A stretch of 60,616 bases of DNA from a virus (IMGVR_UViG_3300017751_000016:1-60616), one strand, 5' to 3'; positions 26,558 to 37,210 are shown, counted from the stretch's first letter. Notes: generated by a model not told the origin, from the sequence alone. Numbers and translations are program-made.

Positions 26558-29500
26558 ATGGCTCTCAATTTAAATTCTTCCCCCTATTATGACGATTTTG
26601 ACGGTAACAAAAACTATTCTAGGATTTTGTTTAAGCCAGGAGTTGCGGTGCAAGCGAGAGAGCTTACTCAACTTCAGACTTTGTTGTCCGATCAATTATC
26701 TCAACTATCCAGCTTTACACTAAAAGATGGTGCAATAATCAGTGGGTGTGAGGAGAGAGTCTCATCTATTAGATATATTAAGATTAAAGACACTGATTTA
26801 GGTGGCACTGTAGTCAACAATAGTGACCTTTCAAATTATGTTGGCGCCGAAGTAATCGGTGGTACTACTGGAATAAAGGCACAGATAATTGCAGTCAGAC
26901 AAGGGGCCGAAGAAACTCCAGCTACCGCAAATGTAAAAACTCTATATCTCAACTACAACGACAGAGCAGGAACAGCCAGAAAAGTTTTTGCTATCGGCGA
27001 AACTCTTACTGTAGTTTCTCTCAATAATACGATCAGCGGCGATACTTTTGTCACATATGATTCTGGTGCAGAACCTACTGGCTCAAGATTGAGATATGAA
27101 GGATCAGCACCCAAAATAGAACTGAGTCCTGGTATAATTTATGCTCGTGGGTCTTTTATCAGAACTACCTCGCTCGCAGCTTTCATCGATCCTTTCGTTA
27201 TCGCTTCGGATAAAAATATTGGTTTCTATATTTCAGAAGCGGTAGTCGGATCATCGAATACAGGCTACAGCGATCTTTTAGATCCTGCTAGGGGTTCTTT
27301 TAACCACAATGCACCTGGAGCAGATCGTCTCCAGTTGGTTGCATCTCTTAGATCATACGATTATCAAACTGCTGCGCTGCCAGAAAATTTCTATCAGTAC
27401 GCAACTTGGCGCAACGGCGGAATGATAAGAAGTAAAATCAAGACAAATCCGTTAGCTGGCGTAGGCGATGCTATAGCTAAATCTGCTTTTGATGCAAATG
27501 GCAGCTATACTATAACTGGATTGCAAACTGTTATTCACGAACATCTTGCCCTCGATGGTAACGGAGGCCGCTTTAGTGCTGCACAAGGTGGCAGTGCCGA
27601 TAAGTTTGTATTTGCAATTACACCTGGTAAAGCAAATGTTGGCGGGTATCCAATTGAAAATAAAAATAAAGATTGGAAAATAACTATAGATAAACCTACC
27701 GACACCAAAATTGAAACCAGTATAGCACAATCAACTGCTTACGGAAACTATACATTAATTGATGAGACTTCTGGTGCGTGGGATGTTGACGGTGGAGAAA
27801 CTGTATCCCTATATGATACTGCACAGAACTCAGTGACTTCTGCAACTTTTTCTTCTACTTCTATCACTGGAAATCAAATAGGATCGGCAAAAATTAGATA
27901 TATTTCTCTCGATTCTGGTGATGCTGGAACTGCCGCAGCGCAATATAGATTATACATGTACGATATTAAAATGTCGAGTGGCACATTTAAAGACGTTGAA
28001 AGCATAGCGTATACTAATGATACTGCGAATGCAGTTGCTGATACTGTATTAGTAAGCGGCGAAGCTGTAATTCAAGAAGGCAACTATAATAGGCTAGTAT
28101 GGGAATTACCTTACGCAAGTCTAAAAACATTAAAAGCAAACAGTAGCGCATATAATTTTGATTTTAAATTTATTGACGAATTTGATGTCGAAGTAAACGG
28201 CAGCACTGGTGTAGTCGCATTATCTCCATCAGATCCTAGTAGTCAATCATTTTTCTTTGCAACTGGAACGCTTTCAGATTCTGTTATAACAAGCAACATT
28301 CATCTAGTTGCTGTTGACTCGTTTACTATTGGCTCAAAAACATATGCGGCAGGTGAATATGTAGATTTAACAGATGCTAGTGTGACGGTAACTTGTGCTG
28401 GAACAAGCTCAGTGTCAATAACATTTTCATCTCCTCCTACTGGTGGCAATGCTGATCTTAAAGCGTATGTTAATATGCAACAAAACAGCAACAAGAATCC
28501 TATTAGTAAAACATACACAAAAGACAAGATAGTTAAGATTGATACACAAGATGCTGGCGCACAGTCATTGGCTAGCAACTTATATTGCTTGGGTGTTTCT
28601 GATCTAATTAAAATTAAATCAATTACTGCAACTGATAATGCAGATTATGTTACCAATAGAGTCAATGTTACAAATGAATTCATAGTTGATAATGGACAAA
28701 GAGATAGTTACTATGGTCTTGCTAAATTAAAACAAAAAGCTACTAGTGCGTATGACTTGGCAACAAAAAGATATATTCTAGTAACATTAGATTATATGAT
28801 TTCTGCCGACGGTTCTACTGGACCAACATTTGCATGTGTAGATTCCTATTCTGCTGCAATTGCTGGCGGAGACATGACGTTACAAGAAATTCCTTTGTAT
28901 TATCCATCTTCAGGTAGAATAATTGATTTAAGAAATTGCATAGACTTTAGACCTTATGTAATTGATACCGCTGAATTGATAGACAAGGCAGCATTCGATG
29001 CTGCGGATGCAGCTGGTAAAACAGTACTATTGAATGCGGTAGCTGCAAATCCTAGTACAAATGAAGTGATCAATAGACCAACTAATGGATTAACAAATCC
29101 AGTACCAAGTGCAACTTTTAATACAAATCTAGAATACTATTTGGCACAAGCATTTAAGGTAGTAGTAACAGCAGAGGGCGAATTTAAAGTATTGACCTCA
29201 GATTCTGCTGAATTTCCAAAAATTCCACCAGTGCCGGATAATGCACTGACGATTTCTGAAGGTATATTTGCTCCGTATCCTTGTTTGTCGCCAAAGGCTG
29301 CTAATTATTATAAAAGAGCAGACTTAAAGGCTTACATCGAACAGGTAAGAACTAAGCGTTATACGATGAAAGATATTGGTGGACTAGAAAAAAGAATTGC
29401 CAATCTTGAATACTATACTGCTTTAAGTTTATTAGAAAAAGAATCCAAGTCATTAGAAATCCTTGATGCATCTGGTGTAGATAGATTTAAAAATGGATTA

Positions 29501-32500
29501 ATGATAGACGCATTCAATACATATGGTGTCATGGCAGTTGGTCATGATGACAATAAATGTTCTTTGGATCTAAAGAGACAGCAGTTAAGAGCCGCATTTG
29601 ATTCTAGTATCATTGCATTTAAACCAATTGCTACAAGTACAACAGTGGGACAAACTGGCGACATGTTCCATGTTCCATATGTTGAAGCCGTATATACAAA
29701 ACAACTGCAAGCTAGTAAAACAAAAAATCTAATCAGTGAATTGTTATTTGCTGATCCAGAGCCCTTGCCGGTTGTTCCTGATCCAATACCGGATCCAGCA
29801 CCTGCGCCGGTCATTCCTCAGCCACCTGTCACGCCTGTAACACCTCCGGTACCACCGAAAGCTGACGAACCTTATTATAACTTGATTCGTTCTTCTACTA
29901 CGATCAACGAAGGTCAGTCGGTTACTATATCGTTAGAGGTGTTAAATCTACCAAATCCACTTGGCACTACAGTAGGTTATTCAGTATCTGGTGTGGACTC
30001 AGCAGATATAAGTGGAGCATCTCTTACTGGTAGTTTCACGTTAGATGCTTCTGGAGACGCATCAGTAACTTTTAATACTGTCGCAGATGCTGATGCAGTG
30101 GATGAAACACTTACATTAACGCTAACAGGGTTGGCTGGAACTACTAAAGGAACTCTAAGTACTAGTGTTACAATATCTGATACTACGGTTATTATACCGC
30201 CGCCGCCACCTGTACTTGGACCATATGCTGGTTCGCTGAGTCTTTCTCCATCTCAAGATGCTTGGTTTGATGATAGCTACGCTGAACCTGCCTATCAGAA
30301 CAAAGAAGGTTCGTGGGATAACTTAGAAATAAAAGGCGACTGGAAAGAAACTTGGGGATCTTGGGAGTTAATATCAGAAGATATAGTCAATGCGACATCA
30401 ACTATAACTGAAGGCGAAATAGGAATTCCACCCAAGGGTTACGGTGGCAATTCGAGACCCACTTCAGTTGATATTGTAACTAAAGAAGAAGCAAATGGAT
30501 ACTGGGAAACAGAAGTAAAGACATATACTGGTCGCAGACAACTTTACGATATAACTACAACCATTGCTGGCAAAAATACGCAAACATGGGAAAGAACTGG
30601 CTCTCGTATATTCTACGGAACTATTCCAGACGAAGTTACTGAATCTACTGGCGACTCAGTTATCAATACTGAAGTTGCTGCATGGGTTCGACCTATTAGT
30701 ATAAGTGGTACTGTTGATGGTCTGATGCCAAATGCAGCTCATGCGATTGCTATGGGCGGCATAAGTAAGGGCAGCGTAACTTCTAATTCAAACGGTAGAG
30801 CTACTTTCTCTATCAGCGTAAATCAAGGCGAATTCAAATGTGGAAACATTACGGTTGAAGTTACTGATTCTAATGTAGCATCAGGAATTGATTCTTATGC
30901 GTCAGCAATATTTAGTGCGAATGGAAGTAAAAGAACTTTACAAACTACTTATGTTACTACCAGATGGCCAGAACCACCAGTAGGCGCAATTCCTCTTCAA
31001 GAAACAAAAACTGAAATACTTCCAGTTGGCGAAGATGGAAGAACACTGACGAAAAAAGGTGATATTATCATCACCACTGTACAGGAAGAAGGCGTTCCAA
31101 ATTGGATACCAGTAGACGATGTATTTGTAACTAGTTCTTGTGCCCTTGGTGTTGGTGACGGCACAATTGGAAATTCAATAAGCACCTACCAGAGATATGA
31201 TGGAACGACATACAATGTAGAAGAGCCGAGTGCTGCATGTACTCCTGCCGCACCAACAGAAGTGCTTACTTTAACTGCAATTGATACGAGTATTACTACT
31301 CTTACGCCAACCACTATTACTACAAAAGTAGTAGAAGAAGTTGATACAACTACTGGTACAGTTGCTCTAGTCCAAGCAGTTGATGATGTTATTGTAACTG
31401 AGGTTTCTCTTTTTGATACTGCTACAAATACTAACAGCGGAGGCGATGCATCTGGAGTAGTCACCGTGACACTATCGAATGATGCAATTTTGGTAGCCGA
31501 CGGACTTGACGAATCAGACTTTGTTGCCGGAGTAACTACTACTGAAGGTAGATATGCTGTTGCAACCGAAAACTTAATTCGTAGTGGTGGAGCTACTGTT
31601 GATTTAATCACAACTCCATTCTCCTCTACGATTAATGATGCTACAGTAAGTCCTGCTAACAATACTATAGTCGCAACGGCAGCTGCTGCATTTGATCATG
31701 CACCTATCTTTAAAATTCCAACATTCCAGCAAATTTCTGATAGCATTTGTATATTTGATCCATTGGCACAAACTTTCTATGTTACTGGAATGCCTGGAGG
31801 AATGTTCGTTCCTTCGATTGACGTATTCTTTAAGACTATATCAAGCGAAGCAAACAACAATGGTGTCACTCTTGAAATCAGAGAAGTTGTTAATGGAAAT
31901 CCTACTGCAAAAGTTGTACCTAACGGCAGAGTGTTCCTAAGAAGATCAGATGTTGACGCATCTGGAATAAATGCTGACGGCAGTGTTGATTTCAGATCAA
32001 CCAAATTTAGATTCAATCATCTTGTACATCTAAACAATGATACAGAGTATTGTATTGTTCTCAGACCAGAAGCCAATGATCCAGGATACGAAGCTTGGGT
32101 GGCAGAACTGGGCGAATTGCAAATTAATTCAACAAATAGAATTACAAAGCAAGCGCATGGCGGTGTATTGTTTACTTCTGCTAATGACAGAAGTTGGTCT
32201 GCACATCAATCAGAAGATTTGATGTTTATGGTCAACAGATGTAACTTTAAAACCAACACAGATTATGTACTTAACACAGCTAACAAAAATATTGATTGGA
32301 TTAAAGTAGACAATAATACATGGGACGATACAGTAGTTGATGGCAAAGTAAAAGCTCCTAAGTTTGATTTAGATTCTTTTGTCCACGGTTTCAAACTCAC
32401 ATTAGCAACTGCTGGTGACTATGCAACTGATGGCACATATGCTCTAACATTCACCGGCGGCGGCGGCTCAAACGCAGCGGGAACATACGTTGTATCAGGT

Positions 32501-33763
32501 GGACTTGTGACCACCGTCACACTAACTAATCCAGGAAATGGATACACTTCTGCTCCCACAATTACATTACCGCTTGGTACTCCTACGACACAAGCAACAG
32601 TCAGTGTTGAATTGAATAGGGGCCAAGTAACATATTTCGATTCTTTTTACAAAACGTGGGAAATACTAGTTACTGATGGAAAATTCACATCGGCTGATCT
32701 TATATCTGACGGTATTAATTTTGTCAATATTGATAGTATTAACGACAGAGTTGTTGACGCACATGTATTGAAAGCTTCGGTGATTAACCCAAATGAAAAA
32801 TGTTTTATAACTAAAAGTATCGCTCTAACGAAAACTGCGGCGGCTTCTGCTAACACTACACATACTTCGTTGGAGACAAATGCAACAGTTGAATTGGAAG
32901 AAGAGAAGACAATTTACAGCTATTCCAATGAGCAAAGAAATTATGCAGGAAATAAAACTGCTCTTGTTAAATTTACATTGAATACTCCTTTAAACAATCT
33001 TAGCCCGATAGTTGATCTTGCTGGAATGTCTATGGGTATGTACAAAAATAAAATAAACAATCCAAGTCCAGTGTCTGAAAGTGTCAGATTTGGTGGCAAC
33101 GCAGATGCCAAATATATTTCTCGTCAAGTAGTTCTTGCAGACAAACAAGATGCTGAAGATATGAGAGTATTCCTAGACAACAAAATACCCGCAGGTGCTG
33201 ACGTAGAAGTTTACGGTAAGTTTAGAAATGCAGAAGACGATGCTGAATTTGTAAATGATATTTTCTGGCACAAACTAGAAATTGAAACTTCTCCTAAAGT
33301 TAGAAGTGAAAATTTTGCACAGTATGTTTATAAGATTCCTGCAAAAGGTTCGAACTCATACGGAACAGATAGTGGTACTGGCGTATATGAGTATGAGGTT
33401 TATAGAATCAGCAACATTGCAGTCAGTGCTGGTGGTACTGGATATACTCAAGGCAGCGCACCAACAGTAACATTGACTCACTCGGCAGGAACTGGATACG
33501 GTGCAACAGCGGCAGCAATTGTTGAAAGTGGAGTTGTAACTGGTATTAAAATTACAAATCCTGGTCGTGGATACGATACTGGTACTGTAACTGCTACCCT
33601 CTCTGGCGGAGATGGAACTGGAGCGACTGCTGGTACTGTAACTGTTTCGCCAATTACATTCAAGGGATATAAAGATTTTGCAATAAAGATTGTTCACCTC
33701 AGTGACAATACTGCAAAAATACCTAAGTCTTCTGGACTTAGAGCATACGCATTACAGGTTTAA
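26558..33763 (+). CDS. Large virion structural protein, VrlC/DUF4815-like (2401 aa)
   Basis: NLN.SPYYDDF, ILFKPG.AVQARELTQLQ, APGADRL, RYTMKDIG.LEKRI.NLEYYT.LSLLE, DRFKNG, DPLAQTF motifs. Confidence 0.85.
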   Translation: MALNLNSSPYYDDFDGNKNYSRILFKPGVAVQARELTQLQTLLSDQLSQLSSFTLKDGAIISGCEERVSSIRYIKIKDTDLGGTVVNNSDLSNYVGAEVIGGTTGIKAQIIAVRQGAEETPATANVKTLYLNYNDRAGTARKVFAIGETLTVVSLNNTISGDTFVTYDSGAEPTGSRLRYEGSAPKIELSPGIIYARGSFIRTTSLAAFIDPFVIASDKNIGFYISEAVVGSSNTGYSDLLDPARGSFNHNAPGADRLQLVASLRSYDYQTAALPENFYQYATWRNGGMIRSKIKTNPLAGVGDAIAKSAFDANGSYTITGLQTVIHEHLALDGNGGRFSAAQGGSADKFVFAITPGKANVGGYPIENKNKDWKITIDKPTDTKIETSIAQSTAYGNYTLIDETSGAWDVDGGETVSLYDTAQNSVTSATFSSTSITGNQIGSAKIRYISLDSGDAGTAAAQYRLYMYDIKMSSGTFKDVESIAYTNDTANAVADTVLVSGEAVIQEGNYNRLVWELPYASLKTLKANSSAYNFDFKFIDEFDVEVNGSTGVVALSPSDPSSQSFFFATGTLSDSVITSNIHLVAVDSFTIGSKTYAAGEYVDLTDASVTVTCAGTSSVSITFSSPPTGGNADLKAYVNMQQNSNKNPISKTYTKDKIVKIDTQDAGAQSLASNLYCLGVSDLIKIKSITATDNADYVTNRVNVTNEFIVDNGQRDSYYGLAKLKQKATSAYDLATKRYILVTLDYMISADGSTGPTFACVDSYSAAIAGGDMTLQEIPLYYPSSGRIIDLRNCIDFRPYVIDTAELIDKAAFDAADAAGKTVLLNAVAANPSTNEVINRPTNGLTNPVPSATFNTNLEYYLAQAFKVVVTAEGEFKVLTSDSAEFPKIPPVPDNALTISEGIFAPYPCLSPKAANYYKRADLKAYIEQVRTKRYTMKDIGGLEKRIANLEYYTALSLLEKESKSLEILDASGVDRFKNGLMIDAFNTYGVMAVGHDDNKCSLDLKRQQLRAAFDSSIIAFKPIATSTTVGQTGDMFHVPYVEAVYTKQLQASKTKNLISELLFADPEPLPVVPDPIPDPAPAPVIPQPPVTPVTPPVPPKADEPYYNLIRSSTTINEGQSVTISLEVLNLPNPLGTTVGYSVSGVDSADISGASLTGSFTLDASGDASVTFNTVADADAVDETLTLTLTGLAGTTKGTLSTSVTISDTTVIIPPPPPVLGPYAGSLSLSPSQDAWFDDSYAEPAYQNKEGSWDNLEIKGDWKETWGSWELISEDIVNATSTITEGEIGIPPKGYGGNSRPTSVDIVTKEEANGYWETEVKTYTGRRQLYDITTTIAGKNTQTWERTGSRIFYGTIPDEVTESTGDSVINTEVAAWVRPISISGTVDGLMPNAAHAIAMGGISKGSVTSNSNGRATFSISVNQGEFKCGNITVEVTDSNVASGIDSYASAIFSANGSKRTLQTTYVTTRWPEPPVGAIPLQETKTEILPVGEDGRTLTKKGDIIITTVQEEGVPNWIPVDDVFVTSSCALGVGDGTIGNSISTYQRYDGTTYNVEEPSAACTPAAPTEVLTLTAIDTSITTLTPTTITTKVVEEVDTTTGTVALVQAVDDVIVTEVSLFDTATNTNSGGDASGVVTVTLSNDAILVADGLDESDFVAGVTTTEGRYAVATENLIRSGGATVDLITTPFSSTINDATVSPANNTIVATAAAAFDHAPIFKIPTFQQISDSICIFDPLAQTFYVTGMPGGMFVPSIDVFFKTISSEANNNGVTLEIREVVNGNPTAKVVPNGRVFLRRSDVDASGINADGSVDFRSTKFRFNHLVHLNNDTEYCIVLRPEANDPGYEAWVAELGELQINSTNRITKQAHGGVLFTSANDRSWSAHQSEDLMFMVNRCNFKTNTDYVLNTANKNIDWIKVDNNTWDDTVVDGKVKAPKFDLDSFVHGFKLTLATAGDYATDGTYALTFTGGGGSNAAGTYVVSGGLVTTVTLTNPGNGYTSAPTITLPLGTPTTQATVSVELNRGQVTYFDSFYKTWEILVTDGKFTSADLISDGINFVNIDSINDRVVDAHVLKASVINPNEKCFITKSIALTKTAAASANTTHTSLETNATVELEEEKTIYSYSNEQRNYAGNKTALVKFTLNTPLNNLSPIVDLAGMSMGMYKNKINNPSPVSESVRFGGNADAKYISRQVVLADKQDAEDMRVFLDNKIPAGADVEVYGKFRNAEDDAEFVNDIFWHKLEIETSPKVRSENFAQYVYKIPAKGSNSYGTDSGTGVYEYEVYRISNIAVSAGGTGYTQGSAPTVTLTHSAGTGYGATAAAIVESGVVTGIKITNPGRGYDTGTVTATLSGGDGTGATAGTVTVSPITFKGYKDFAIKIVHLSDNTAKIPKSSGLRAYALQV

Positions 33764-33764
33764 T

Positions 33765-34010
33765 ATGAGCATAAATAAGTTTGTCCAGATAAAAGATTCA
33801 CCAAACTTTTATAGAGATGTACATTCTAAAGGTTTGGTGAATACTGATCATAGAGCATTGGAAGAATATAAAAATGCCAGACGACAAAGACAAAAGTCTA
33901 GTGAGTCAATTGTTCAATATGAAAATGATATAAATACATTGAAAGACGAAGTAACATTTTTAAAAGAATCGTTGAAGTTAATTTTAGATAAAATGAATTC
34001 TCAGGAATAA
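33765..34010 (+). CDS. Small conserved hypothetical protein (coiled-coil C-terminus)
   Basis: RD..SKGLVNTD...LEEYK..R, DINTLK.EV..LK; ATG 33765 directly after the previous stop. Confidence 0.7.
   Translation: MSINKFVQIKDSPNFYRDVHSKGLVNTDHRALEEYKNARRQRQKSSESIVQYENDINTLKDEVTFLKESLKLILDKMNSQE
33929..33936 (+). promoter_or_regulatory. T4-type late promoter for repeat-protein module 2
   Basis: TATAAATA about 80 bp before ATG 34015. Confidence 0.65.
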
Positions 34011-34014
34011 GTAG

Positions 34015-34497
34015 ATGGCAACATTAACATTAAGGTCAGTTAAAGGTACTCCTTTGACAAATACTGAAGTTGATAATAACTTTGGTAATTTGAATACTGA
34101 TAAATATGAGTCTGGCGATTCAGTTAGTGTTGATGATCTGGTAGTTTCTGGAGAGACAACTGTTAGTACATCCGCCGCTGTAAGTGCTGCTGGTACTGTA
34201 CAGGGTGATGCTACTGCATTGACAAAAACATACAATCTAGTTACGACAGCAACAGCGGATCAAGGTGTCAAACTTCCTTCTGCTGCTACTGGTAAATCGT
34301 GTACTGTATTAAATGCTACTTCAGTCAACATTAAGATTTATCCTGCTACATCTGATCAAATAGATAGCCTGTCAGTCAATGTTGCAAAAGACTTGGCACC
34401 AGGTGCATCTTATAATTTAGTCTGTTCTTCTAGTAGTACATGGAAGACATTGCAGCCAACTCTAATTTTCGACTCATCGGGCGCTCGCCTGAATTAA
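34015..34497 (+). CDS. Virion structural/fibre anchor protein
   Basis: MATLTLRSVKGTPLTNTEVDNNFGNLN N-terminus, same motif as 9169..9714; V.LPSAATG beta domain. Confidence 0.65.
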   Translation: MATLTLRSVKGTPLTNTEVDNNFGNLNTDKYESGDSVSVDDLVVSGETTVSTSAAVSAAGTVQGDATALTKTYNLVTTATADQGVKLPSAATGKSCTVLNATSVNIKIYPATSDQIDSLSVNVAKDLAPGASYNLVCSSSSTWKTLQPTLIFDSSGARLN

Positions 34498-34510
34498 GGA
34501 ATAATAAAAA

Positions 34511-35899
34511 ATGCTTCCAATACGAATCAAAGCTTCCAGCAGTCCAGTGTCTTCTGCAAACTTCCAAGGTTTACAGCAAATGTCAGATGCTGAAATTAAT
34601 CAATACCTGTCTGCTGTAATTACACAAAAGTTTGCAGATGATACAAATGGAACAGGCACTGCCGAACTCAATGTAGACACTGCGAATGCTTTAACTGGTA
34701 CCTCTATTGGTACATGGACTAACCAAATCAGGAATGATGCGATCGGCACTCATCCAACTAGTGGCGCAACCACTAATACTACTCACTACTTCAAGCAAGT
34801 CACTGCTGCTGCATCTGAGAGCATTACTAATCGCCCTGTAGGATATGACTCTGCAATTAAAGAATTTACGGATGCGGGCCTCGATACTGACATTTTAGAT
34901 AAAGTAATTGAAGACATGGTTACTAGCACTGGCTATACGGTAGGCCAGTATGTTTTAGCTGCGTCTGCTCCTTCTGGTGGCACATGGACTTCACGGTATA
35001 CGCTCACCGATACAAATCAAGGTGGTAGCACCTCACTATATCTTTGGCAAAAAACTGCACCATCTACTGCTGCAAATGGCGATTTAGCTCCACTCAAGCT
35101 AGATGGTACTAATGTTAAAATGATGTCTGATGCTGAAATTGAACAAGTTGTTCCTAATTTTAGAAATAGAATTATTGACTCTGGTATAGGCACATATAAA
35201 ATACAATCTTCCACTCCAGGTACTGGTACTTGGACTCAAATGGGAGACACATTAAACGACACACGCCAAGTAGTATCTTCGGAAAACTACGCAGGCAACT
35301 ATGTAGGAAACTTTAGCGGAACATATGCGGGTAACTATGTAGGCGGCTATGTGGGCTCTAAAACATATTCTGGTACATATGCTGGTGGTTATGCAGGCAA
35401 CTATGTAGGAAGCTATGTGGGCGCTAAAACATATTCGGGTTCTTATACTGGATCTTTCTCTGGAACTTATGCAGGCAACTATGTAGGCACTAGTGCATAT
35501 GCTGGAGCTTATGCGGGTGATTATGCAAGAGCTGAAGGTTACACTTTGTTTTATTCAGGATATGCAGGCGGCACAAACTATTATACAGGATATTACACCG
35601 GCTTTTATACCGGATACTATACCGGTGCAAAGACTTATACTGGTAATTATACTGGCGCATACAACAGAAACTTTACTGGTAACTATGTAGGCACTTCTGC
35701 GTATTCTGGAACTTATTCTGGTACATACACTGGCTACTACACTGGTAACTATGTTGGTACTTCTACCTATTCTGGTTCATATACTGGCAACTATAGCGGA
35801 AGCTATAGCAATACTTTTTCTGGAACTTATGCTGGAGACACTGTACAAGCGTCAACAGAAGTTGTTTCTAATGTAAAACTTTGGCTGAGAACTGCGTAA
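34511..35899 (+). CDS. Virion protein with duplicated N-terminal domain and long Y-x-G-x tetrapeptide repeat tract
   Basis: Two MSDAEI..GTWT units; YAGN/YVGN/YSGT/YTGY repeats at ~35285-35835; ends KLWLRTA. Confidence 0.75.
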   Translation: MLPIRIKASSSPVSSANFQGLQQMSDAEINQYLSAVITQKFADDTNGTGTAELNVDTANALTGTSIGTWTNQIRNDAIGTHPTSGATTNTTHYFKQVTAAASESITNRPVGYDSAIKEFTDAGLDTDILDKVIEDMVTSTGYTVGQYVLAASAPSGGTWTSRYTLTDTNQGGSTSLYLWQKTAPSTAANGDLAPLKLDGTNVKMMSDAEIEQVVPNFRNRIIDSGIGTYKIQSSTPGTGTWTQMGDTLNDTRQVVSSENYAGNYVGNFSGTYAGNYVGGYVGSKTYSGTYAGGYAGNYVGSYVGAKTYSGSYTGSFSGTYAGNYVGTSAYAGAYAGDYARAEGYTLFYSGYAGGTNYYTGYYTGFYTGYYTGAKTYTGNYTGAYNRNFTGNYVGTSAYSGTYSGTYTGYYTGNYVGTSTYSGSYTGNYSGSYSNTFSGTYAGDTVQASTEVVSNVKLWLRTA

Positions 35900-35914
35900 A
35901 AACTATTTTATATA

Positions 35915-37210
35915 ATGGATTTTGAACTTGAACGGCTGAAAAGATTTCGCAAATTAATTAGATATGCGAATCAGAATTCTCCCTACTATGCTAGAATTAT
36001 TAGAGAGAATAGGATAGACATTGAATCCTCGGTTCCCGAGGATTTTCCTATTCTCACTAAAACTATGGCGATGGAAAACTTTGATGACATTGTTACAGAC
36101 AGAAAGATAACCAAAGAAAAAATTGAAGAGTTTATCACTACTTCTTCAGATCCAAGAGAGTTATACTTAAACAAATACACTGCTCTAGTCACTTCAGGTT
36201 CTTCTGGAGAAGAGGGGTACTTTGTTTCTCATGCCAAAGACACTTTTCGTGGATTAAAATCTCTCATACCTACCAAAACTTCTCTTAAATTTTCTATCAT
36301 ACTAAAGTTCATTTCTTTCTTTATCAAGAAGAAAAAAAGAATAGGGTTTGCATTTTACGGAAACACTGGTGGTCATTATGCTGGATATGATTCGGCAACT
36401 AAATGGCCTAAGATGCTATTTAATGTAAAAGGATTTGAGATTAATGATTCTGTAAATGTTGTGCTGAGTGAACTAAATGAGTTTCAACCAGAAGTCGTAT
36501 GCGGCTACACTACGATGCTTAAAATTTTAGCAGAAGAACAAGCGTCTGGGAGACTAAAAATAAAACCGATGTTTGTAATTTCTTCAGCAGAGACTGTAAC
36601 TAAAGAAGATATTGACTTTTTGTCTGAATCTTTTCCTGGCTCATACGTTATTAGTCTTTATGCTAGTAGTGAGCATGGTAACATGGGAAGGTCAAATCGT
36701 GATAAAGAAACAATGTCGCTGTATGATGACAAACTTATATTTGAATTTTTTGAAGATCATGTGCTAGTGACTAACTTATGCAACTATACCATGCCTTTAA
36801 TTAGATATAAAATGGCTGATGTGCTTACAGTTGTGAGTGAAAAACACACATATCCAACTGTAGTAAAAAATCTAGTCAGCAGGGCAGAAACTAAAGTCAA
36901 TTTTATAAATGCTACCGGAGAATTAGAAAGTTTTACTTCTTTCATCACTCGCAGATTTTATGTGAAAGGGGTGAGTAAATTTCAGATGCAAGTGAATAGT
37001 ACTACTTCTTTTATGTTTCCTATATGCCTCGAAAACCATCTCACAGAAAGTGAAAGAACAGATGCAGTATCAAAAGTAAAAGCTCGTCTCAAAGAAATAT
37101 TACACAGAAAAAATTTAGATAATGTGTCTTTCGAAATTAAAATAGTCAAAGACATACCAGTAAATAAAAAAACTAGAAAATTTCAATTGATTGTAGATGA
37201 GACGATTTAA
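35915..37210 (+). CDS. Adenylate-forming enzyme, phenylacetate-CoA ligase/CapK-like
   Basis: SPYY, FPILTK..AMENFD.IVTD, TSGSSG P-loop, YASSE.G, VTNL.NYTMPLIRY.M.D. Confidence 0.82.
   Translation: MDFELERLKRFRKLIRYANQNSPYYARIIRENRIDIESSVPEDFPILTKTMAMENFDDIVTDRKITKEKIEEFITTSSDPRELYLNKYTALVTSGSSGEEGYFVSHAKDTFRGLKSLIPTKTSLKFSIILKFISFFIKKKKRIGFAFYGNTGGHYAGYDSATKWPKMLFNVKGFEINDSVNVVLSELNEFQPEVVCGYTTMLKILAEEQASGRLKIKPMFVISSAETVTKEDIDFLSESFPGSYVISLYASSEHGNMGRSNRDKETMSLYDDKLIFEFFEDHVLVTNLCNYTMPLIRYKMADVLTVVSEKHTYPTVVKNLVSRAETKVNFINATGELESFTSFITRRFYVKGVSKFQMQVNSTTSFMFPICLENHLTESERTDAVSKVKARLKEILHRKNLDNVSFEIKIVKDIPVNKKTRKFQLIVDETI

Noticed and set aside
35285-35835. Ice-nucleation protein call for the Tyr/Gly repeats
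   Set aside because: Lacks the 16-aa AGYGSTxTA consensus of InaZ-type proteins; the periodicity is 4
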